A DNA stretch of 59,462 nt, counting the filler, from Sphacelaria rigidula (taxonomy: Eukaryota), in the NCBI GenBank assembly GCA_964200075.2. It is 10 parts of 10 records of this genome, joined end to end, with 100 filler letters (N's around TTAATTAATTAA, not from the genome) between each part and the next. Parts side by side here need not be neighbours in the genome. Positions count along the whole stretch, not along the records: positions 35,739 to 41,594 come from CAXNAA020023944.1; positions 41,695 to 47,550 come from CAXNAA020023945.1; positions 47,651 to 53,506 come from CAXNAA020023946.1; 7 more parts are not named here. One strand, written 5' to 3'. Below the pieces are notes generated by a model. The model saw only the letters and a program-made list of their open reading frames with translations, was not told the DNA's origin and made no database searches. The position numbers and the translations under genes are program-made. Each line of letters begins with the position of its first letter. Position 1 is the first letter of the stretch. Shown piece after piece: positions 36,987 to 48,135 of the stretch.

Positions 36987-39339
36987 GTGAGCCAGATGGT
37001 ATAATACGATGATTGAGATCGGTGCTCACGAAACCCGTATGAGCACAAGGGAATAGATCCGACATATCTTGTGCAGAATGATTTCATACCTGTTGACGCT
37101 TATAATCTGGTCGTCTCGCCTCACTGACACCGTACTCTACTCCGTGTTGTAAATTGTAGTACGATTAGCCGTTGATCACACATTTTCATGTGTGGTACAA
37201 ATACAGATGTCGCCAACGACGCCTCCGCTCGCTGAAGTCCACGACGACGGATCACGTCGGTGTCTGCCACCATCAAGTCTTCCCCTGGCCTCTCGATGTC
37301 TCCAACGGTAACGGTAGCATTTAGAAAGTAGTTCAGCAGGAAGTAGGCCTGCTTGTTCCCTGAACCTTTGAATCGTTCCAGCGATCGGGCTGCTGTTGAT
37401 TTGAAAAGAAGCACTATGTAACAGTTGGCAGTAGGCAGGGATAATGGCATACATAAAGAGGGGGCGTAACTTCTCCTTTACTCTACTTTCCTGTGATCTC
37501 CGTCGGGGAATTTTCATGGGGTTGTGCGCGAGCCGAAAGCGTTTCTCTAGCTCATCCGGACTGGCTTTCCGCCTTCCCCAAGACGTTCGGGTTCAAGTGG
37601 TGCCGTGCTCTCGAGTGCCTACTGGCTGTTAGCGTACAACTAGAACATCGGATCCAAATCCTGAGCGATGCACCAGACAGGGGGCTGGCCCTGCCGGCTG
37701 GTGCGTAGACCCCGAGCATCCAGATACATGTGGGATTTTTTTCATTCGAGCCTGTACCGCGCGTACCCTCAACTTCAGTCGGGTGACCCACAGACTATCT
37801 GTGATGCACTGGGCCGTAAGGAGAAGGCAAAACTGACCATTTACTTTCGTGTTCTGGGAGTGCAGCATCATGTTGCAGACATATGACAAGGCTCGAAAAC
37901 CTGTAGGAAGAATTTGTCGACCGCGGCATCTGGATCATGCAAAATGTATGACGATGGATTTGCACACCAGAGGTTCTTGAGAGCACCGATATTCTGAATA
38001 CCGCACGTACATGGCTTCTCGTTAAGCGACCGTCGTCGCTATTGCGGCACGCAAGTCCACCGCCGTACCTCATCACCAACGGTGCAGTCTTCCGGAAAGA
38101 TCTGTCACCGGTGATAAAATGGGCGTTCCGCTACAAACATCTGCGACAGCCTTTCAGAGCTTGAGTCGCTCCCTTTTTCATACGAAGTTGTGTTTTTGTG
38201 TTTACCGTGCCGTACTGCACTGCTATTGTTGTACTTATGTTGTACTGCCGACTCGACATTGTATGCGCACTATTGTGGCTCCTATATGGGTCATTATTTT
38301 CAGGCAGGGGTGGGCTAGTCCATAAGTGCAAAACTGCGCATTTGCACATCACGTTTCGACGTGAGTGCAAGTTGGAGCTAGCCGAATCTCATCACTTGAG
38401 CCGCCAGATGTGTTCGGAGCTCTCGCAACAGGTTGATTTGCTTGCAGCCCGCGTGGTCACCGTTGTTTCTGAGCTGTCCTTGGAAAAAAGTTCGAGAAAC
38501 CGCAGAGAGTCCACCAGTCTACCCACCCTGGCGGTCAAGGGAAAATACATTCATCTCATGACTCCACATTTCTGTTGGGCACGAATCCTTGAAGTGATTC
38601 GTGAATAATTGTGGGTTGTAAAATGCTTCGAGTTCGTGCTTCGAACGTCGTGGTTTCACAACCATGAGCTTATTTTTTACCCGAATTATCTTTCATTGAG
38701 ACTTCGCAACGTGCTGTCCACTCGCGATCTCTCTTTCGCAAAATCAAGATACTCCGGAGTAAAAATTATGCCGATATCTGTAAACACCCCCAACCCCCCC
38801 CGCATTTCCTCCGTACAAAGATGCGAATCATCGTTGATTCAAGATGAGAAAAAGACCTGGTTCAAAGAAAACTCGGTGCGCGTATGTCCTTCCGGCGTTG
38901 ATGTAGCAGTGACTGATCTCCGTATGTACAAATGGATTACCTTCCCGTGACGTGGTCTTCCATGACAATCCGAATCCTCCAACCGATACGGTCCGCTGAC
39001 ACGAGTGGTCGATCGATTGTCGCACATCAACCCTTTGACCGTGAGGGTAGGCTACCAGCTTCATCGACGTCAACGTTAACTTGAAAAGAGTATGCGTCAT
39101 TCAGATGGACTACCCGCACCACGGTCGAGGGTTAACTGATCCCCGAAGGACTCAGCTGTGACCTTCAAGTATTAGACGTACTCGAGGTAAACCAAAAAGA
39201 AGGCAAGGGGAAAAGAGAAGAGACACCTCTACCGTGCGAATCGGGCTATTGATACCCGTTCCCCGAATGCCAGATCTCTTACGGTCGATCGTTGACACCT
39301 GGAATTCGGACTCTGCCCTCGCTCTACACGCTGCCCCTA

Positions 39340-41000
39340 CAGGGTTGAGCGACTACTATCCGTTGTTTTGTTTCCGCACATGAAGACATCCTGAAGTGTC
39401 ACAACTTGATTCGTCAAAAACGATTCTTCGCAACATTTTGTAGGGCACGAATCTTGCCGGTATTTTGCCCCACATTCTCGTGATTTACACGACAGATTTT
39501 GGTTCATACTTTTCGCTTGAGATGCGTGCAAAACCATGGTTTTTGACGTGCTCTTTATATTTCTCCCGACTTCTGATTCGAACGGGACGAGAAATATATC
39601 GCGTATGTGCGATGCATCGTTTGACGCTTTTATTACCCTCCTCATCTCTGCCTGTGCCCACCGATTTTTGAAAATAGCAATAGCAGAAGAGCTTAGATCG
39701 TTGTTTAGGGTGGAGGAAATTTCCTGCAAACGTTCGGGTAAAATCAAAATACCACCCAACCAAACACCAGCACGCGCCGGCTGCAGTATGTAAATCCCGC
39801 ATCAAAGGGGTCACCATGAGCTGTTCAGCATCAAGCGGACATTTTCGTGCGCTGACCACATGCATGAGTTACAGTTAGCGTGCTCATCGCTAAGGTGCAT
39901 GACCGTTGGACGTCGTGAGACACAAATGCCGTTGACCCCGGCTTGTTCGCGAATAACCATTGGACTACCGTGACGCGCAACATGCACTCGGGCAGTGGTG
40001 TTTCGATGACGTGTCTTGTGCAAAATAGTAGTTCCGAATCTTGCGGCTGGAAGGAAAATGAGGAAATAGTTGAGATGCTGACCGTGAAGAGCTCAAAGGG
40101 TCAAAATAACCCAATATGAGTTTTAAAACATCTGGACAGAATGACCGGTTGTCCCGGTGGCTCAGTCGGTTGTCTCAGAACCCCGTGAAAATTGGGACGT
40201 CGGTTCCAACCTCCGAGCAATCTGTGATTTTTTTCTCACACCACGTCTAACAGTGGAGAGCGACTTTTTCGTCGGTACATGAAAGTTGATTCATTTGTCG
40301 ACGAGAGGAGGAGATTGCTGAACCCCTCTTGCAATAAAAAAAAGGCAGGCGTCGCAAAAGAAAGGTGGTGAATACAAGGGAAAAGAAAAAAACTTGTTGA
40401 CTTTCCTCCTGTGTGACGCCGGCTGGTGCGACCATATATCCCGAAAAGTGTAGAGCGGCGTCCAGAATATATGGGACGACAACACAGACGAAAGTCGAAA
40501 AAATTGTCGTCGCTTGCAAACTGTCCGCACTGAACGATGACTGACAACACATTGTAATCCATCATGGCTAAACCGTAACTCGTGGACATGTTGTCCACTT
40601 CACGAGGTATTTTTCATGTTCGGCTGACTTTTTAACTACTGTGATCTTGTACGTACATTCGATCCGTTGGCCTGACTTGGCGTCTGTCGCCGGTTTATCC
40701 GTGCGGCCCATGAAATCAGTAGTGTTGACAGGCGCTGAGCTTAACTATGGCCCATGGTTGTTACTTGATTGACGTGTGAACACCGAGAATCCGATCTGTA
40801 AAAGGGTTGACAGTCCCCTCTGATCCTCGCGTACACAGAACGCGTTGTCGTTGATGTCGGCGCCACATGTACTGATTGAGGGTCTACGAAGGCCGTACTT
40901 TGCGTAGGGGATGCCGTGAATCTCGCTTGCCCGAGTATCTCCGGTATACGTCGGGTGAGGGTTAGGAGTAGCGATAGTTGTACAATGTATCAACCATGAA
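39340..41000 (-). pseudogene. Highly decayed Penelope-like retroelement remnant, interrupted by a SINE
   Basis: Motifs in the expected order: EIHGIPYAKYGLRRPSISTCG (cf. LYGLPKIHK..PLRPIVS), VNTTDF, MYVQDHSS..KIP, VSRRPT (cf. VYRKPT), LQEISSTLNND, LVPF, then YRQDSCPTKCCEESF (GIY-YIG-like). All matches are weak. Confidence 0.4.
40147..40486 (+). mobile_element. tRNA-derived SINE copy
   Basis: GGTGGCTCAGTCGG A box, GGTTCCAACCT B-box-like motif, body homologous to 19452. Confidence 0.82.
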
Positions 41001-41509
41001 CACATTCCAGCCCAATTCCCGTTAACCCCTAGATCGCGAGGTTAGTCTATCCGAATCATGTGTACTTTTTTCAGTTGACATGCCGATTCAACGGATGACC
41101 TACCCCTCGCCGCCCAAGCGTCAACTAGCCTTGATGAACTAGTGAGTAGGGTGTCCATATCTCATCATCTTTCAATTTTTTATTTGTGTGACCAAAGCTG
41201 ATGTTACTGTTCTCCGGAACCCATCATGTTTCGCTCAAAAAGGATCATGAGACAGCGGCGCAACGGCCTTAGTGTCGTGCACGCTTTTGTCCAGCAGCGC
41301 AGATTGAAGACACGATCATCGACTTATGATCGCAGTTCCACAGAAAGACCAAAATATACGTCGAGTCGTAGCTGTGATAACTGAGCATGGCGTGCTTGAC
41401 TTCGGTTGAATGCGGTCAAGATCGAATGAGATTCGAGTCTCCGTGTCGGAGGGGTTCCGTGTGATACATGCACATACGGCCAAGAGTTGAATCGTGAGCA
41501 TCAGCTTTT

Positions 41510-41526
41510 GACACTTTCTACGATAG

Positions 41527-41594
<68 letters not shown>
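41510..41594. mobile_element. Left TIR of the 4638-4884 MITE family running into poly-C at the contig end
   Basis: gacactttctacgatagcccc... Confidence 0.75.
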
Positions 41595-43212
41595 NNNNNN
41601 NNNNNNNNNNNNNNNNNNNNNNNNNNNNNNNNNNNNNNTTAATTAATTAANNNNNNNNNNNNNNNNNNNNNNNNNNNNNNNNNNNNNNNNNNNNTGTGCG
41701 TTTGTGAACAACAACTGTCTTGAAGTATCCAAGCTCTAGTGAGGGAGGAAGCCCTTGGAGCAGTCTTGTGACCTTGTTCTGAGTTCAGGAGGGATCTATA
41801 ATGAACGTTGATTCAGGGAACCCGCTGCTTTCTGGCAAATGTTTTTTTTTGCGGCGGACAGTCTCTGCAGTAACATTCTTGTGTTGTACACAGACAGGTG
41901 TGCAGTCTGTAGCGCGAGGCAGCTCGTTGCAGCTTGTTGAACGGAGGGACCCTTACGTTGGTTGGAAGCATTGCGTGCAGCTAAGGAAGAATGGCAGCGC
42001 GCAGGAAAGGAGGTGGGAGCGATGCAGGCACTGAGGTGACGTTTAAATTTACTGAGCTTATGCCAGGTGGATCGCTGAAGGCACCGGAGTACGGATGGCA
42101 TTTAAGCAAAGATGCCTCCAGACGGTTTTCTCAATAAAATAGGAATTGCAAAGAGAGCGTATAACTAAGCAATAAGGGGAGGACAGTACAGGCCGCTTTA
42201 TTGACCGTGACAGAACTCGCGCCCAAGCACATTCGCGCGTGTTTATCACGTACAATATTCGACGGATCGGTACTCGATGATGAACATCTGAAGGAGGTAC
42301 TAGGCCGACATGAAAAAAATTGGATTGATACAGAGATTGATCCTTCAGTTGCTGCAGCGGGTGTGCGGAAAGCGTTAGCCGCTCGCAAGAAGCCGACTGC
42401 CATGGGTAGAATCGAGGGACAGTGGGGTGCCCTCGAGGAGATTGTTTGCCGAAAACGCGAGCATCAAGCGCTATTTCCGCGAGGACGAGACTTTCAAAGC
42501 AGGACCCGCTGAAATAATTACGCGGGAATTGCTCGCCGGCATATCCCCCCTGCATTCAAGACAAAAGTGCTCAACATGCTTCACATGAAGGGGTGGTGGA
42601 AAGAGGACCGTGGGCTCGTGTATGATGCGGCTCGGGAAGCAGCCAAGGCATGGAAGACGGCAAAAGAAGCTGATAAACAGCGCCGTCACCAGCTGCAGCT
42701 GCAACAGAAGGGCGGAAGCGGGATCTCCGGATCCAAGCACGAACCGAATGGTGGAAAACGGCGACCACTGGCAGTGAGACTGCCAGTTCCGGGAAATTTC
42801 GGAAGCCGGGCCCAAGCTATGCAGGTTGCTTCTCATGTGGAGACGAGGGCCTCTTCGTAAAGGATTATAAGCAGCAAAGCCAAGCTGCTGCTCCACAACA
42901 TACTGCAGGTGGGCAGTCGAAGGCCGGCGACGCGCAGCAACAGCAGCAGCAGCTGTCGCAGGGCTCTGGACAAGTGCCTCGAGGAGGGGGCAAGAGCTCT
43001 GCCGCTACAAGGGCTGTATTTTCAACCGATGGAGGGGGTGCTCCCAGCAGTGGAGCGATGCCACCACCAGAGCCGGTCATTTTTACTTGTGGCGTACAGC
43101 AGACCGTATCGGGGGAAACAGGGGGAACAGTCCCGCGCTGGACATCTGAGGCGATGTCGTCGTGGAGATAGCTTAAGCCGGGTGAGGTATCAGGTTTTTA
43201 ATCTGAGGGTAT

Positions 43213-44443
43213 ACGCGTAGAAAAAGAGGAACGATGGTGCCTCGCTGACCTGTCTGTACCGATTGCAGGGGCACAGAGTGCTTGTCCGGTCAAGGCCATT
43301 TTAGACTCGGGATCTGGAATTACGACCATGTCAGTGGGTGTAGCGGCGAAACTACAAGCTATGGTTCCAGAAGTTCGAGTGCTCCCACCGATGGTTGGTG
43401 AACAGCTGGTGAAACTGGCTAACGTCAACGTTGAGCGCGTGAAGCAGAAAACTTGCGTTGTTCGAACCGCTTTACACACCAGCGGGGGACCGGTTGTGCT
43501 GGACCCATGTTCATATGCGGTCATGCCGGGTACAGATGATGTGATAATCATGGGGAGTCCTACGCTGGAGGCGCTGGGCATTGACGTGTACAGTAGCTTA
43601 GGTGATTGTGCACGTGCAAGAAACACTTCGGTGCGAGGTGTAAAAACGCCTGATTTTACTGACTGTCGGCGTGTCAGTATCGCGGTTGGCGCTTTACAGC
43701 AACCAGGAGGTCGGGCGGAGCCCGTCAATTCCTCAGTCAAGCGGTTGTTGTCGGAAAGTCCGGCGATGAGCATATCCCCGGAACAAGAGCTTGCTGAGCT
43801 TGATGTTGCGCAGGGTAAGGTAGTACAAGCCGCCGCGGATAACGGCATATCGGAGATCGACGTGAGCCAGATTCGTGAGCCTGTACGGAACAGAGCGAGC
43901 ATTTTCAGGCGAGTGCTGCATGGTTATCCGCCTGCTCGCGTCGAGCCCTTGAAGGTGAAATTCGAACCTGTTGCTGTAGAGGCAAAGGCTCGGGGGAGGG
44001 CGTACTTTCCGGTCAGGATGGCGTGGTTGGCACGCTGCATCGCAACATTGGTGGCGCTCGGGCTCGTGTACTGCCGTGTGCAGGTAGTGTGGGCGAGAGC
44101 GGCGATTGCAACGCTCGAGAAATCCTGTTTTTGCTGGATGAGTGCATACAAGGCGGGGGAGGAAGTTCCCCGTCCCCACAAGGAGGTGTTGCATGGTGCT
44201 CGCCCAGGGAAGGTTCTTTATTTCAATTTTCTCAGCGTTGGCGACGGTGGTCTGCTGGGAGATAGTGGCTTGGACGAAGGAAATCCGTTCAAGTACATAT
44301 TGGTAAGGGTGGATGACCCAAGCGACTTTGTGCGGTTGGAGCCCGCGGAGGCTTGCACGGCGGCGACGACGGTGAAGTATCTCTTGACATTGTGCAAAGC
44401 GCGGGGGCCGCAGGGGGGGTGGGTCAGCGATACGGCATCATAA
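43213..44443 (+). pseudogene. Fused protease / RT N-terminus / integrase reading frame lacking most of RT and all of RNase H
   Basis: PVKAILDSGSG...PPARVEPLKV...VWARAAIA...SAYK|AGEEVPRP...RPGKVLYFNFLSVG...KYILVRVDD...WVSDTAS*. No YxDD motif. Confidence 0.8.
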
Positions 44444-45378
44444 TATGAGAATTGTGCGGTGATAGTACCCGAGAAGGCACTGATGGATCGCGGACTAGTG
44501 GTGGCCAACTCGCGGTTGTCACATCATGAATGTGAGCGAATGATGCGTGGCATTGTTCGTACCTTGAAGGTCATAATGCAGGAAGGAAGACGCGATGCTG
44601 ATGCCTGGGTGGGTTCGGTACCTGCCGTGCAGTGGGCATTGTACACTGATTTTCGGGACAACTGTGAGAGCTGTAGCTGTATCTATGATGCGAGGAGCGG
44701 CTGTTCGAGTGGAAATGCTACTCTACGGTGTGGACGAGATTGCAGCCGGAGAGCTGCTGCTTCTCAGGAGGAGCGCAGGAGAATTACAAGGAAGGCATTA
44801 CCTGAGGTGCTTGATGTTGTGGTGAGCGCTGGGTTGGGTGATGTTAAAGAGCAAATACTGGTGTAGTTGCTTGTTGATAATGCTGAAGCACATCGTGACA
44901 TGTATACCCGAGTCGTTTTGTGGACGACTGTACGCGGTTGTGGTGTGGTTCCTGGATCTGTGTGTTGTGTTGCTCTGGTTGGCACGCATGATACATGGTG
45001 GTTTCTGCAAAGCTGTTGAGTAAAATATTAGCATGCACATATGCCTGATGTCCATGGTGTCTGGTGAAGAGTCAGAGTGAGCCAGTTTTCCATACATTGC
45101 TGTGTGCTGAATAAAATAGAGCTCGTATATTCTTGTTCGCGCAAAGAAGTAGAATCATCTTTGTGTGGTTTGCAGAAGCTGACTGTAGGAGATAGTGATT
45201 GCTGCCGTTGGCGTGAAAATGAGCGGAAACTACGAAAGGCGTAGGCGTGTATGAGAGCAGGTATAACGCGAGTATTTCCAGAGGTTGACGATCAAAGAAA
45301 TCGTGCGCGAATACAGTGGTATTTTTCTGTGGCACGTTTTTTGATGGCTTGTCATGTGTTGGGATAAGCGCATGGAAC

Positions 45379-45832
45379 ACCATATTCATGAGATTCAGAA
45401 CGTAATATCGGATTCAGAGTGGATGCTCTGGCGTTCCTTACAGGCAACAGTTTTTGTTTGTGCTTGAGCTCACGTCCTGTGCATGCAGCTACCGTACAGT
45501 ACCCCATTCGAAGAATTTGGCGGTCTGGTTGGTGAGATACCGCACAAAGCATTTTTACGCCTGGGGGGCATTTCGAAACTGAAACGGTTTCAGGCACGAA
45601 TCGGTTTTGCCTGAAACAGGGGATCTTTTGTTGCAACGATCTGACTACGTCGTTGCGATCAAGTGATGTGTCAAATTGATCGTGTAGGTGACAGATCTCA
45701 TTGAAGCCACCGCTTCACCAGCGGGGCGCATTACTACTCGAACTGTGGCGATGTCAAAATCGACGATAAAGTCAATTGTTTTGGGTCTCACTCTGAATCC
45801 GATGTCACACTCTGAATCTCACGAATATAGTG
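45379..45832. mobile_element. TIR element nested in the 3' non-coding part of the LTR element
   Basis: atattcatgagattcagaacgtaatatcggattcagagtg pairs with cactctgaatccgatgtcacactctgaatctcacgaatat. Confidence 0.65.
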
Positions 45833-46582
45833 TTATGGATGGTGTTTCGCATCTGAAAATCGGAGAATGTGGATGGTGTGCCCATTTGTCTGGAAGGAGC
45901 ACCGCATATTTGTTCTGAGCTGCGTCAGTTGGAACTGAGTCAAAAGGTGCGGGCACGTTTGTAGGCAAAGTACGGTATCAAGAGTGCGTGATATGATCGA
46001 ATGCTACGGTTCGATATGGTATTATCCTCGGCGCCTTTGCTTTTTGTGAGTATGCCACGACTAAAAATTGTCGTTGACTGAACTATTGACTGCACTGAAT
46101 TCGATTGAGACGCTGTGTTCAAGTGTCTTTGTACAGCGTTTTGAAAATTATCATTTTCTTTGTGAACATGACATTGCATGATCATGTATGTGTCACTAAC
46201 AGGCGGACGAAGGTAGCATGGACGTGATTGTCGGTGTCTACTGTTTGTCAAACTCGCTTTCTACTTCGAGTAGTGCGGAGTTTTGGGGGTACTGCTGAGT
46301 AGTCCACCTCTAGTACACGTACAGATGCATGAGGAGCTGCAGGTTGATCCATGGAGGTGCGGATAGGAACTTTGCATCATGATACTTGGTCATGAGATAT
46401 TCTCTAGAGCATGACCATGAATGCTTGACAGTATACGTGTTCAAGGAGGTGCAAGGTTACTTCCGATAACGAAGACTGTGCGTTTGTGAACAACAACTGT
46501 CTTGAAGTATCCAAGCTCTAGTGAGGGAGGAAGCCCTTGGAGCAGTCTTGTGACCTTGTTCTGAGTTCAGGAGGGGTCTATA

Positions 46583-47036
46583 AGCCGATCATCGAAATTG
46601 AGGACGGAGCTTTTCACTGAGAATGAGAACCGAGAGAATTAGAGTCTCCGTATCCACACCAAATCTTCGAAATATGGTTCCATTTACTTCACCCACTGAT
46701 AACTACTGACAACTACCACACGCCACATAAATTTGAATTTCGATAACCGAAATGTTGGGGTCCTAGGTGAAGAACCAATCTCGGGGAATTTCGACGATCC
46801 GATCGGATCGCCTAAATTACCCAACATTGCTTCTTCACCACGTAAAACCTCAACATGTCGGTTATCAGCTTCCAAATTCGCATGGCGTGTAGTAGTTTTC
46901 AATAGCTACCAGTACGTTAAGGAATGGAACCATATATATTTCGAAGATTTGGTGTGAATACAAAGATTTTTATTGCCCCGGTTTCTCATCCTCACTCAAT
47001 GAAAAGCTCCATCCTCAATTTCGATGATCGGCTGTT
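46583..47036. mobile_element. Empty (~455 bp) copy of the long-TIR MITE family
   Basis: agccgatcatcgaaattgagg ... cctcaatttcgatgatcggctgtt. The left tip AAC is replaced by the LTR end. Confidence 0.88.
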
Positions 47037-47650
47037 GAGAACGTTTTCGTGAGATTTAGAGTAGAGCGATGATTGAGAGTGGCTTTGATAATTCCCCGTA
47101 ATTTAGCCAATATTTCATTCCGTGTGTGCTTTCCTTTGCCTCCATCATTGGCATCTGCTCACAGCTACACGTCGATATCCTGCTCAGGGATATCAAGGGC
47201 CTCAGTGGCAAGCTACTACGGAAAACATATTGGGCCTCGGCGAGGGGCATTGCGGAACTGAAACGATTCATTCACTAATTACCAGCGGATCCTGGAAAAT
47301 GGGGTCCATCTCGAAAATGAGGTTCAAGTGACATCTCTTTTTTGCAGAGATCACGCGAAACACTTACGACTGAGCGAAGCCATCTCCCCCCCCCCCCAAA
47401 TGTTCGCAGCAGTTAAGCAGCTGTGGCTAGGCGCACCGAACGAATGCGATGTACACGCGTGGCGATGACGATATCACCAGAGAGAGAAGCAACGGCAGAG
47501 AGGAAGCTCTTCGCCCGTGTCCTTCGTGTGTCCTCGCTCGGCGATTACCANNNNNNNNNNNNNNNNNNNNNNNNNNNNNNNNNNNNNNNNNNNNTTAATT
47601 AATTAANNNNNNNNNNNNNNNNNNNNNNNNNNNNNNNNNNNNNNNNNNNN

Positions 47651-48135
47651 ACCTGATACGTCCACGGCATCCATGTTCTCAACCATCTGAGAAAATGAAC
47701 AGCGTGGACTAATCAGAAACGAGCGAATTCGATTCGACCGCACGTTTTCGAGTCGAAAACATCTTGATGGGACACGGCCTCAGCCTGAGGTCTTGTCGCG
47801 ACCAAAAAAGTATAAAAGGGAACAAACCGTTCAAAATCAGCATTTTGATAAGTCGCCGCAACCATAGACCTGCGTGACGGTCAACTAGCATGCTGTTTTG
47901 GACGCTTGTTCCTCTTCGTGCTCTTTTTTCGGTCTCGACAAGACACAGCCTGAGGTCTTATCAAGACCAAAAAGACAATTCAATATCGAAACAAGAGTCC
48001 GAAAACAGCACACATTGATTTGTCGCCGCAACCGTAGACCCGCCTGAAGATTGATCAACATGCTGCTTTCAGACGCTTCTTTCGTTCTTCTTGCGTCTTC
48101 TGTTTCTCTTGATGAGAAGGCACTGTCCACGAGTC
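47651..48135. repeat. Dispersed repeat with an internal ~170-bp tandem duplication; related segments at ~24900-25115 and ~18040-18165
   Basis: cagcctgaggtctt...gaccaaaaa...gtcgccgcaacc.tagacc occurs twice. 47651-47730 is the reverse complement of ~24905-24990. Confidence 0.65.

Larger units (their letters stand above)
41695..46582 (+). mobile_element. Internally deleted (non-autonomous) Ty3/Gypsy LTR retrotransposon
   Basis: Direct repeats 41695-41800 and 46477-46582 differ at 1 position. PPT-like ttttgggggtac precedes TG at 46293 (putative 3' LTR 46293-46582). Gag-like region ~41800-43200, protease ILDSGSG ~43298, RT start and integrase core fragments. Confidence 0.88.

Noticed and set aside
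41527..41594. Long poly-C tract as a G-quadruplex or telomeric element
   Set aside because: It extends the short C-run of a MITE TIR at a contig end, so it is most likely a sequencing or assembly artefact.
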